Part shown: piece after piece, positions 13,423-22,500 of the stretch
How the letters are laid out: every line of letters begins with the position of its first letter
How positions within the stretch are numbered: position 1 is the stretch's first letter
Assembly: GCA_963719315.1 (NCBI GenBank)
Contig: CAVRBU010000002.1
Location: forward strand, 1,056,001-1,120,000
DNA length: 64,000 nt
Source of the DNA: an uncultured Planctomycetota bacterium
Lineage (GTDB): Bacteria > Planctomycetota > Planctomycetia > Pirellulales > Lacipirellulaceae
Direction: 5' to 3'
The notes under the pieces: model-generated
Seen by the model: only the letters and a program-made list of their open reading frames with translations
Databases searched by the model: none
What the model was told of the DNA's origin: nothing
Translations under genes and position numbers: made by a program

Positions 13423-14346
13423 ATGGCGGGTGAGACAGTCATCGAAACGCGAGCACTTTCGAAAACGTATCGCGATTTCTGGGGCCGGCCGAAGGTGCGA
13501 GCCCTCAAGGCGCTCGATTTGGAGATCAAGCAGGGTGAAATCTTCGGCCTGCTCGGTCCGAACGGCTCCGGCAAGACTACCACGATCAAGCTTTTGCTGG
13601 GCCTCTTGTTTCCAACCGAGGGACAAGCGCTTGTCTTTGGCAAAGACGCAACCGACGTCAGCAAGAACCAGCGACTCGGTTATCTGCCGGAAGAGTCGTA
13701 CCTCTATAAGTTCCTCAATGCTGAGGAGACGCTCGACTTCTACGGCCGACTGTTTTGTATCCCGCACGACGTGCTCCAAAAGCGCGTAGATGATCTCATC
13801 CAAACCGTGGGCCTCCAGAAGGCCCGCAAACGTCAATTGAAAGAATACTCGAAAGGTATGACGCGTCGCATCGGCCTGGCCCAGGCGCTCATTAACGAGC
13901 CGGAACTGATTCTGCTCGACGAGCCGACGAGCGGCCTCGACCCGATCGGCACCCGCGAAATGAAGGATATGATCCTCCGCCTCCGCGATCAGGGCAAAAC
14001 AGTCGTCATGTGTAGCCACCTGCTCGCCGACGTGCAGGACGTTTGTGATCGGATCGCGATCCTGCACCAGGGCGAGTTGAAGGAACTGGGTCGCGTCGAC
14101 ACTCTTTTGACGCTTGCCGATATCACGCAGATTCGCGCCAAGCGACTGCCCGACGATTGCGTTAATGAGATCCGGCAGGTGATCGAACGGCACCACGGTG
14201 AATTGCTCAACGTCGAGCATCCGACCACCACGCTGGAAGAGCTTTTCCTCACGATTGTGCGCGACAGTGAAGCTCGACCAGGCCGCGCGCGGTGCAGGAC
14301 GAACCCGTTGGAGTTCATTCCTCGTCCAACTGAGACATTTTTTTGA
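13423..14346 (+). CDS. ABC transporter ATP-binding protein
   Basis: [14 protein letters not shown] signature, [14 protein letters not shown] switch. Confidence 0.95.
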   Translation: MAGETVIETRALSKTYRDFWGRPKVRALKALDLEIKQGEIFGLLGPNGSGKTTTIKLLLGLLFPTEGQALVFGKDATDVSKNQRLGYLPEESYLYKFLNAEETLDFYGRLFCIPHDVLQKRVDDLIQTVGLQKARKRQLKEYSKGMTRRIGLAQALINEPELILLDEPTSGLDPIGTREMKDMILRLRDQGKTVVMCSHLLADVQDVCDRIAILHQGELKELGRVDTLLTLADITQIRAKRLPDDCVNEIRQVIERHHGELLNVEHPTTTLEELFLTIVRDSEARPGRARCRTNPLEFIPRPTETFF

Positions 14347-14348
14347 TA

Positions 14349-14414
14349 GCCACGAAGGCACAAAGGGCGCTAAATGTGAATTGTATTCTTTGTGTCCTTT
14401 GTGTCTTGGTGGTC
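14349..14414. repeat. Inverted 8-9-mer tandem pair (CACAAAGG / CTTTGTGTC)
   Basis: ccacgaaggcacaaagggcgctaa ... ctttgtgtcctttgtgtcttggtgg. Confidence 0.8.
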
Positions 14415-14503
14415 TTTAGATTCAGGTATCTATTGTGATTTGCGCAATCATTCTGAACGCGCTCATTTAGCGTTTCTTCGTTTTATCCTCCCATAGTCGA
14501 TCG

Positions 14504-16357
14504 ATGGTACTCGAGCAGGAACCTCTTCCTTTTTTAACCTGGCTCCTCGGCTACCCGTGGGCCGATGCGAACGCGGTTCTACAGAGCGCGGCGGTTCGGT
14601 TTGCGCTAACCGGGTTCGTGCTGGCCATTTTGGCGCTATTGGTTGGATTCCTCGTGGCGCTGGTTCGCCACGGGCCGATGAAGGCTGGCGACATCACGTA
14701 CCATGTCGTCGTCAACGGATTCAAGGAACTGTTCAAGACATCGCCGCGGCGGGTATGGGCAATCGCTCGCTTGGCCATCAAGGAATCAGTCCGCCGGCGA
14801 GTGGTCGTGGCGCTCGCCGTCTACATCATCATTCTGCTCTTCGCCGGTTGGTTCTTGCAGACCGGCTATCGTGAGCCGGGCAAGCTGTTTTTTAGCGTCG
14901 TGTTGACGGCGACGACCTACCTCGTGCTCATGATTGCGCTGCTGGTAAGCGCGTTCAGTCTGCCCAACGACTTCAAGTCGAAAACGATTTACACGGTCGT
15001 CACCAAGCCCGTGCGAGCCGGCGACATCGTGCTGGGACGCATTCTGGGTTTTACGATCGTTGGCACGGTGCTGCTGTCAATCATGGCCGCGTGCAGCGGG
15101 GTGTTCGTGTGGCGAATGTTGGATCATACCCACGCCATCAACCTCGAAACGCTCGAAAACATCTATGATGCGAATGGCAAGGTCGTGGGCAAGAAGGGCC
15201 GCACGACGACCAATATGCAGCACTCCCACGAGGTGGAGATTTACCCCGACGGCACCGGCATCGCCCAGTCGACCAACGAGCACGAGCACACGATCACCAC
15301 GAAAAAGCGTGGCAGCGAGACGGTTTACGAGGTCAGCGGTCCGCAAGGCCTGCTGCGAGCCCGCGTGCCGTATTACGGTAAGCTTCGATATCTCGACCGC
15401 AAGGGAGTCGAGGCTCCGAAAGGCATTAGTGTCGGCAGCGAGTGGACCTATCGCAGCTTCATCGAAGGCGGCACGCCCGCGGCGGCAATCTGGACGTTTA
15501 GCGGAATCAATGAATCGTCGTTCCGTAAAGACGATAACGGCGCACAAATGTTGCCGTTGGAACTGGTCGTCCGCGTGTTCCGCACGTTCAAGGGCAATAT
15601 CGAAAAGGGCATCCAGGGCGTCGTACAGCTGCAAAACCCCGACAACAAAGCGATCAAAAGCGAGCCTTGGACGTTCATGGCCAAGGATAGTTCCATCAAT
15701 ACATTCGATTGGTCGCGCAAGCTCAATGACGCCGAGCAGAAGCCAATCGACTTGCTGAACGACCTCGTCAGCAAAGACGGCAAGATCGACGTTGTCGTGC
15801 AGTGCCTCGACCGGGCACAGTATTACGGTTTTGCCCAACCCGATTGTTACATCCGCCTGCCAGACGGTTCGCCGCTGTGGAACTTCATCAAGGCCCAAAT
15901 CAGCATTTGGATTCAAATGGTGCTGGTCATTGCGATCGGCGTCACGTGCAGCACGCTGGTCAACGTGCCGGTGGCCATGTTATTTACTATTTCGTTCATC
16001 ACGTTAGGATTCTTTCGGCAGTTTTTCATCGACGTCGCCGTCGGCAAGCAGGTTGGCGGGGGACCGGTCGAAGCGCTGTATCGGCTCGTGACGCAGATGA
16101 ACGAGGTGTCGCCGCTGCCGGAAAGCCTCGGCACACACCTCATCCAATCCATCGACTCGGTGTTGAAAATCGCGATGCAGAGCCTGGCCCTAGTGCTCCC
16201 CGATTTCAGTTCATTCAGTACGGTAAACTACGTGGCCTACGGTTACAACATTCCGATGAACCAACTCACTCAAGACCTGATCGTGTGCGGGGCCTATCTG
16301 ATCGGCCTGTGCATCATCGGGTACTTCTTCCTGCGGACGCGTGAGGTGGCGAAATGA
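14504..16357 (+). CDS. ABC-2-type permease with a large His-containing extracytoplasmic domain
   Basis: Multiple TM segments, TIYTVVTKPVRAGDIVLGRILG motif, C-terminal TM ending FLRTREVAK. Confidence 0.8.
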   Translation: MVLEQEPLPFLTWLLGYPWADANAVLQSAAVRFALTGFVLAILALLVGFLVALVRHGPMKAGDITYHVVVNGFKELFKTSPRRVWAIARLAIKESVRRRVVVALAVYIIILLFAGWFLQTGYREPGKLFFSVVLTATTYLVLMIALLVSAFSLPNDFKSKTIYTVVTKPVRAGDIVLGRILGFTIVGTVLLSIMAACSGVFVWRMLDHTHAINLETLENIYDANGKVVGKKGRTTTNMQHSHEVEIYPDGTGIAQSTNEHEHTITTKKRGSETVYEVSGPQGLLRARVPYYGKLRYLDRKGVEAPKGISVGSEWTYRSFIEGGTPAAAIWTFSGINESSFRKDDNGAQMLPLELVVRVFRTFKGNIEKGIQGVVQLQNPDNKAIKSEPWTFMAKDSSINTFDWSRKLNDAEQKPIDLLNDLVSKDGKIDVVVQCLDRAQYYGFAQPDCYIRLPDGSPLWNFIKAQISIWIQMVLVIAIGVTCSTLVNVPVAMLFTISFITLGFFRQFFIDVAVGKQVGGGPVEALYRLVTQMNEVSPLPESLGTHLIQSIDSVLKIAMQSLALVLPDFSSFSTVNYVAYGYNIPMNQLTQDLIVCGAYLIGLCIIGYFFLRTREVAK

Positions 16358-18087
16358 CAGAACGCACATCGTTTTACCATAAGCTCACGTACCTCGCGGC
16401 GATGGTGGTTCTGGCGTTTCCGATCGTGTGGCTTAGCGTGCCGGCGACGACCACCAAGCCCGGCGGCAAGCTCGCCCAATTGCGCAAGGAATACAAGCTC
16501 TCGCAGGTCAACCTGGGCGAAGTGGACCCGGCCAGCGAAACGATTAAGCTGGCGACGCTCGGCCTCCGCGGCGTGGCCGTGAATCTGCTGTGGGAGAAAG
16601 CCAACTATTATAAGAAAACCGAAGATTGGACGAACCTCACCGCCACGCTCGAGCAACTCGCGAAGCTGCAGCCGAACTTCATTACTTTTTGGAAGTTCCA
16701 GGCCTGGAACCTGACGTACAACGTCTCCGTCGAGTTCGACGACTACCACGATCGCTACTATTACGTCCGCCGCGGCATCCAATTCTTACAAGAAGGCGAG
16801 CGGTACAACACCGGCAATCCGCAACTGCTGTGGGATCTGGGGTGGTTCATTGGTCAGAAGATCGGCCGCGCGGATGAATACGTGCAATATCGCAACCTGT
16901 TCAAGAACGACGACGAATTCCATTCGCCGGACCGCACACCCGAAGAGCGCGACAACTGGCTAGTCGGCAAGGAATGGTACTTGAAGGCGATCGATTGGGT
17001 CGACAACAAGGGCAAAAGCTTGGGCCGGAAAAGTCCGCGCGATTTCTATTCGAGCCCGGCGAAATCGACGATGAACTACGCCGAGGCGATCGAGGAAGAG
17101 GGCGCGTTCGAAAAAGCAAGACGGGCCTGGATGAAGGCCGCCGACGAATGGAAGCAATTCGGCACGACCATCATCGAGCATTCCACGGGCGTCAAGTTGC
17201 AGCTCGGCTCGCAGCCGCGGCTGGAAAAGGAGTTGGCCGATTTGCGAGCGAAGTTGGAAGCGATGCTCCCCGGCACGCGGGACAAGCTGCTAGCGGAAAA
17301 ACGAGCGGCGTTGATCGCCGAAGAGCGCGAAGTGCTGGACACGCCCAAAGAAAAGTTGACGCCGGACCAGGCGGAAAAGCGCTATCAGATCGAGCCCAAG
17401 ACGCTCGCCAGCGATCGTGAGGTGGCCGAGCGCATTGCCCGCGACGACCCGGAGAAGAAGAACCAGGCATTGCAACTGGCCAGCGAAATCGAGCGGCAAG
17501 ATAGAGTGTTGCAGTTCACGATCAATTACAAGCGCGATGCAAACTACGACTATTGGAAAACGCGCGCCGAGTTCGAGCAAACACCGAGTGCCCTGGCGGC
17601 CCGCACCAAGATGTTCGAAGCCCGCAAGGCGTTCCGCGAAACCGATTTGAAGCAGGCCAAGAAGTTGTATGAGGAAGGTTTCAAGGACTGGCGGGCTGTC
17701 GTCGATAAGTTCCCGTCGATCCTGGACGACGACGAAACGACGGGCAGCGATCTGTTGGACTTCATCAAACGCTACCGCACCGTTCTCGATCAGCTCGACG
17801 AAAAGCTCGGCGAAGATTTTCCATTGTGGGAAGTCATCGAGAAATTCGATCGCGAGAACGATTTTCCTGGAGAGCTGAAAGAGCACCGCGCCCGCCAAGG
17901 CCGGCCGTTGCCCGAAGATTTGGTTCCGAAGAAATCGGATCGAGCGCCGACACCGGCGCCGGAAGCTTCCGCTACGCCCCCGGCCGCATCGAAGTCCGAA
18001 CCGGCCGAAAAGTCGGAGCTTGCTCCCAAGCCAGCACCGCCATCTGCGAAACCGGCGGCACCGACTGCTGATAGCAGCAAGAAGTAG
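16354..18087 (+). CDS. Membrane-anchored helical (TPR-like) hypothetical protein coupled to the ABC permease
   Basis: ATGA overlap with the permease, N-terminal TM, WKFQAWNLTYNVS motif, helical composition. Confidence 0.8.
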   Translation: MTERTSFYHKLTYLAAMVVLAFPIVWLSVPATTTKPGGKLAQLRKEYKLSQVNLGEVDPASETIKLATLGLRGVAVNLLWEKANYYKKTEDWTNLTATLEQLAKLQPNFITFWKFQAWNLTYNVSVEFDDYHDRYYYVRRGIQFLQEGERYNTGNPQLLWDLGWFIGQKIGRADEYVQYRNLFKNDDEFHSPDRTPEERDNWLVGKEWYLKAIDWVDNKGKSLGRKSPRDFYSSPAKSTMNYAEAIEEEGAFEKARRAWMKAADEWKQFGTTIIEHSTGVKLQLGSQPRLEKELADLRAKLEAMLPGTRDKLLAEKRAALIAEEREVLDTPKEKLTPDQAEKRYQIEPKTLASDREVAERIARDDPEKKNQALQLASEIERQDRVLQFTINYKRDANYDYWKTRAEFEQTPSALAARTKMFEARKAFRETDLKQAKKLYEEGFKDWRAVVDKFPSILDDDETTGSDLLDFIKRYRTVLDQLDEKLGEDFPLWEVIEKFDRENDFPGELKEHRARQGRPLPEDLVPKKSDRAPTPAPEASATPPAASKSEPAEKSELAPKPAPPSAKPAAPTADSSKK

Positions 18088-18417
18088 TTTTTCGCCGCTC
18101 GTCGCTGAACTCGCAAGAATTCAATTGTCGGCGGCGAGAACTGAATTTTTGCAAATCCAGCTACGGTGCTCTTGCAATATTCAGCTTCGGCGGAGTCGGG
18201 CGTCTCGCATTAGCCGACCCAATTTGCCCGGCTCATCAACCGCCGCAATCGCGGCCAAATTCCACTTCGGCGAAGCGGCCCCTTCGGTCGATACATTCCG
18301 AAGAGACGGCATCTCGTCTTCATTTTACCCACTTTCCGATCGCTAGCGCAAGCCACGGCGAGCGCTGGTCGGCGGCGTTCTTGTCAGCAAGTGAGACGAA
18401 ACTTGAGTACCATAAGT

Positions 18418-19452
18418 ATGCATACGGCGAAGCGTCTGGCCGTCGGTTTGGCGTTCATTCTGGGCAGCGTGGCGGTGAATGCCAGTGCGGTCCAGCCGGC
18501 CGTCATTCATGCGGTCCGCGTCATACAATGCGGCGCCGGTGAGAATGAGCGGCCCACCGTCGTGACCGGCGTCGCCGTCACGCCCGATGGCCGCACGATC
18601 GCCGCGGCGACCGACGATCACCACGTATCGCTGTGGGATGCTTCAACTGGCGAATTGAAAAGCGAGTTGAATGGTCAAACCGATTGGGTTCACTCGGTCG
18701 TTATCTCACGCGACGGGGCAACGCTGACCTCCGGCGCCGGCGACCGTTCACTGTGCCTGTGGAATGCCGCCCAGCAGCGGCCAGTGTTCAAAACCTCTGC
18801 GTGCAAGAACTCGATCACCGCCGTTTGCATGCATCCGAACAATCAGCAACTGGCTGTCGTCGGATTCAGCGACAGTTTGGGAATCGTCAACACATCGACC
18901 GGCCAAACGTCGCAGGAACTTGAAGGGCCGTGCGCTGATATTCGCACGGTCGCGTTCTCGCCCAACGGCGACCTCATGGCCGCCGCCGGCCGCAACGGCA
19001 AGATCCGCATTTGGAACGTAAACGAAGGCACGAGCCAACGCGACATCGAAACCGATGGCCGCCGCATTCGGGCCTTGGCGTTTTCGCCGGATGGCAGCCG
19101 GATCGCGGTCGCGGGTGACGGCCCGAACATCAATGTCTTCGACGCCACGACGGGCGAAGTGGTGATGACGCTCGCCTCGCGCCCGGCGAAGGTCTATTCG
19201 CTCGCCTTCCTCGATAGCCAACATCTGGCGACGGGTGGCACGGACGATCGCGTAACGATTTGGGACTTGGACAGCAAGCAAGCGGATTCGCAACTCGTGG
19301 GCCATAGCGGCACGGTGGCGGCAATCGCCTGCAACTCGACCGGCAAGTTATTGGTTTCAGGAAGTTACGACACCACGCTCCGCATTTGGAACCTCGCCGA
19401 GCGACAAACCCCGGCGACGGCATGGCGCAGCCCAACCGGCGAATCGCGCTAA
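18418..19452 (+). CDS. Secreted WD40-repeat protein
   Basis: Signal peptide and repeated GH...WD-like units (SLWD, RIWN, TIWD, GSYDTTLRIWN). Confidence 0.9.
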   Translation: MHTAKRLAVGLAFILGSVAVNASAVQPAVIHAVRVIQCGAGENERPTVVTGVAVTPDGRTIAAATDDHHVSLWDASTGELKSELNGQTDWVHSVVISRDGATLTSGAGDRSLCLWNAAQQRPVFKTSACKNSITAVCMHPNNQQLAVVGFSDSLGIVNTSTGQTSQELEGPCADIRTVAFSPNGDLMAAAGRNGKIRIWNVNEGTSQRDIETDGRRIRALAFSPDGSRIAVAGDGPNINVFDATTGEVVMTLASRPAKVYSLAFLDSQHLATGGTDDRVTIWDLDSKQADSQLVGHSGTVAAIACNSTGKLLVSGSYDTTLRIWNLAERQTPATAWRSPTGESR

Positions 19453-19500
19453 CACAGCTCGCAACTTCGATCAGTACGACTGAGTGCATGGAGGCACCTC

Positions 19501-22500
19501 GTGGGTATTCTCAACTTTCTTCGCGAATTGTGCTTTGGACAATCCGACATCGGCGTAGCGAACGGCGGCACGTCGAGTCGTCCTCAGCCCCGGCGGGCGC
19601 GTAACGTGGCTCCGCGACGTTGCCAGATTGAAGAACTCGAACCGCGCCGCCTGATGGCGGCCGATGGCCTCGTGCCGCAGGTCGTGTTGGGGTCCGTCTA
19701 CTATGAAGATCATTCGCTGGACGATAGCGTGCCCGACGTTATCGAAGTGTCGTTCGTCGGCGGAGCGGCAGGCACGACGTTGGATCGCCTCGTACTTAAC
19801 GGAGACAAACAGGGCGATGGAGTCTCGGCCGGCGACGTGATTTTCGACACGGTCGACGGCGGGCTGGGGGCTTACAAATCCAATCCACTGACAATTGTGA
19901 GCGCAAACGGTTTTTCCGTTAACAGCACCACCGTCGTCGACGGCGGCTCGCAAATCGTATTCACTTTCAGCGGCTTCCAAGCGGGGATGAAGCTTCGATT
20001 CTCGATCGACGCGGACGAGATCCAGTTCGTGGAAGCCGGGGCGGTTGTCAACGGCCAAATCGTCGATCCGAGCGGGATAGACGTCGATGCCGAGGTAACG
20101 GGCTTCGAATTTCAGCGGACGATCGTGACGGGCGAATTCTCCGCCACAGGTTACGTCGACCTCTCTTTGGAGGGTCTCCATTGGGACTTCTACGACAATC
20201 GCTTTGCGTCAGCGAATGCCGCCGCCGGGCTGCTGCCGACGCTGCCCAAAGATCGTTACTCGACAACAGAAGACCTCAGCGTTTGGACTGCCGGCGCGAT
20301 CGCCTATGCCCCGCAGATTCCGCTCGCCACGCTTGCCGGCTGGGTCTACCACGACCAGAACGATAATGGTGTATTCGCCCACGGCACGGAGCAGGGCATC
20401 GGCGGCGTGACGGTCGAATTGTTGGATTCCAATGGGAACCCCACGGGCATCACGACCACGACTTCGACCCAACCCGGTAAAATCGGCTACTACGAGTTCC
20501 TCAATTTGTACCCGGGCACGTATGGCGTGCGCGAGGTGCAGCCGACGGGCTGGCTCGACGGCAAAGACGCAGCCGGCGATCATGGCGGCGCGGCCGACCC
20601 CGAAACGTCCGGCCGAGTGGATCGCATCTTCGGCGCGGTCCTTAACTATGGTGATCACGCTGTAGAATACAACTTCGGCGAATTGTTGCCGGGATCGATT
20701 CGCGGCACCGTCCAGGCCCATACCGATGAGGATTGCGACTTCGACCACCCTGAGATCCTGCTAGCGGGGGTTCGGATCGATTTGCTCGACGCAAGTGGCA
20801 ACTTCCTTCGTTCTACACTCACGGATGCCAATGGCGCCTACGCATTCACGGACTTAGTGCCCGGCATCTACAGCGTTCGAGAACATCAGCCCGATGGCTA
20901 CTACGATGGTGACGAGCGCGCCGGAACGGCCGGCGGTGTGCTTCTGGTGAACGACCAAATTGGCGCGATCGCTATTGGTTCGGACGTCCATGCAATCAAT
21001 TATGATTTTTGCGAACACGTCGGCGTCATGCTGTCGGGCAACGTCTACCACGATCGCGACAACGACGGCAACTTCGATCGCCCCGGAGAAGAAGGCATTG
21101 CCGGCGTGCTGCTGAAACTGCTCGACGGCGACGGCAACGACACTGGCCTCACAGCGACGACGGACGCCATCGGCTTCTACAAGTTCAACAACCTGGCCGC
21201 AGGAAAATATACGGTCATCGAGGTGCAACCGAGCGGCTGGCTCGATGGCCTAGACACGCCGGGCAATCTTGGTGGCGTGGCTGACGTATCACCGCCGGGC
21301 GATAAGATCAGCCAGATCATGATCAATTGGGGCCAGATGGGCACCGAATACAACTTCGGTGAGCTGCTGCCTGGCTCGATCGCCGGACGGATTCATGCCG
21401 ACAGCGGTCCGGACTGCGATTTCGATAATCCGGAGATTCTGCTCGAAGGCGTGCAGGTCGATTTGCTTGATAGCCACGGCAACGTCATCGTCACCACGCA
21501 CACGAATGCCAAAGGCGAATATGAATTCACAGACCTTTCGCCAGAAACGACTTACAGCGTTCGCGAGCACCAACCGGTCGGTTACTTCGACGGCGGCGAA
21601 CGCGTTGGCACGCTCGGCGGCGCTAGTTCCGAAGTGGGTGCGTTCAGTTTGATTACGGGCATCAACGTCGGGTCGGATGAGCACGGAATCCAATACGACT
21701 TCTGCGAGAAGCTGCCCGGTTCGATCAGTGGCCGCGTGCATGCCGACAGCGGACCGGATTGCGACTTCGACGATCCCGATATTCTGCTCGAAGGCGTCCA
21801 GATCGACCTGCTTGACGCCGACGGCAACTTCATTCGCTCGACTTTTACCGACGTGAACGGCGAGTATCACTTCACGGGTTTGGCGCCAGGCGGTTACCAG
21901 GTGCGCGAGCATCAGCCAACGGAATACTTCGACGGTGGCGAACGCGTGGGTACGGCCGGCGGCACTTCGTTCGATGTGCTGCCTGCATACAGTATGTTCA
22001 CCGGCATCAGCATCACCGCCGGGCAGGACGCCATTCAATACGACTTCTGCGAAAAGGTGCCCGGTTCAATCAGCGGCCGTGTACACGCCGACAGCGGACC
22101 GGATTGCGACTTCGACAATCCCGATATCCTGCTTGAAGGCGTGCAGATCGACCTGCTCGACTCAAATGGCAATTTCATTCGCTCGACGCACACCGACGCA
22201 AACGGTGAATACCACTTTGCCGACCTGGCCCCTGGCGGCTATCAGGTGCGCGAGCATCAGCCGACGGAATATTACGACGGAGGCGAGCGTTTAGGTACGG
22301 CCGGCGGCATTTCGTTCGATGTGCTGCCGCAGTACAGCATGTTCATCGGCATCGTCATCACCGCCGGCCAAGATGCCATTCACTATGATTTCTGCGAGAA
22401 GGTCGGCGTCATGCTCTCGGGCAACGTCTACCATGATCGCAACGACGACGGTAACTTCGACCGCGACACCGAGGCGGGCATCGGTGGCGTGCTGTTGAAG

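Noticed and set aside
14280..14346. Possible frameshift in the ABC ATPase tail
   Set aside because: An alternative frame is plausible but all catalytic motifs lie upstream. It cannot be decided from this sequence.
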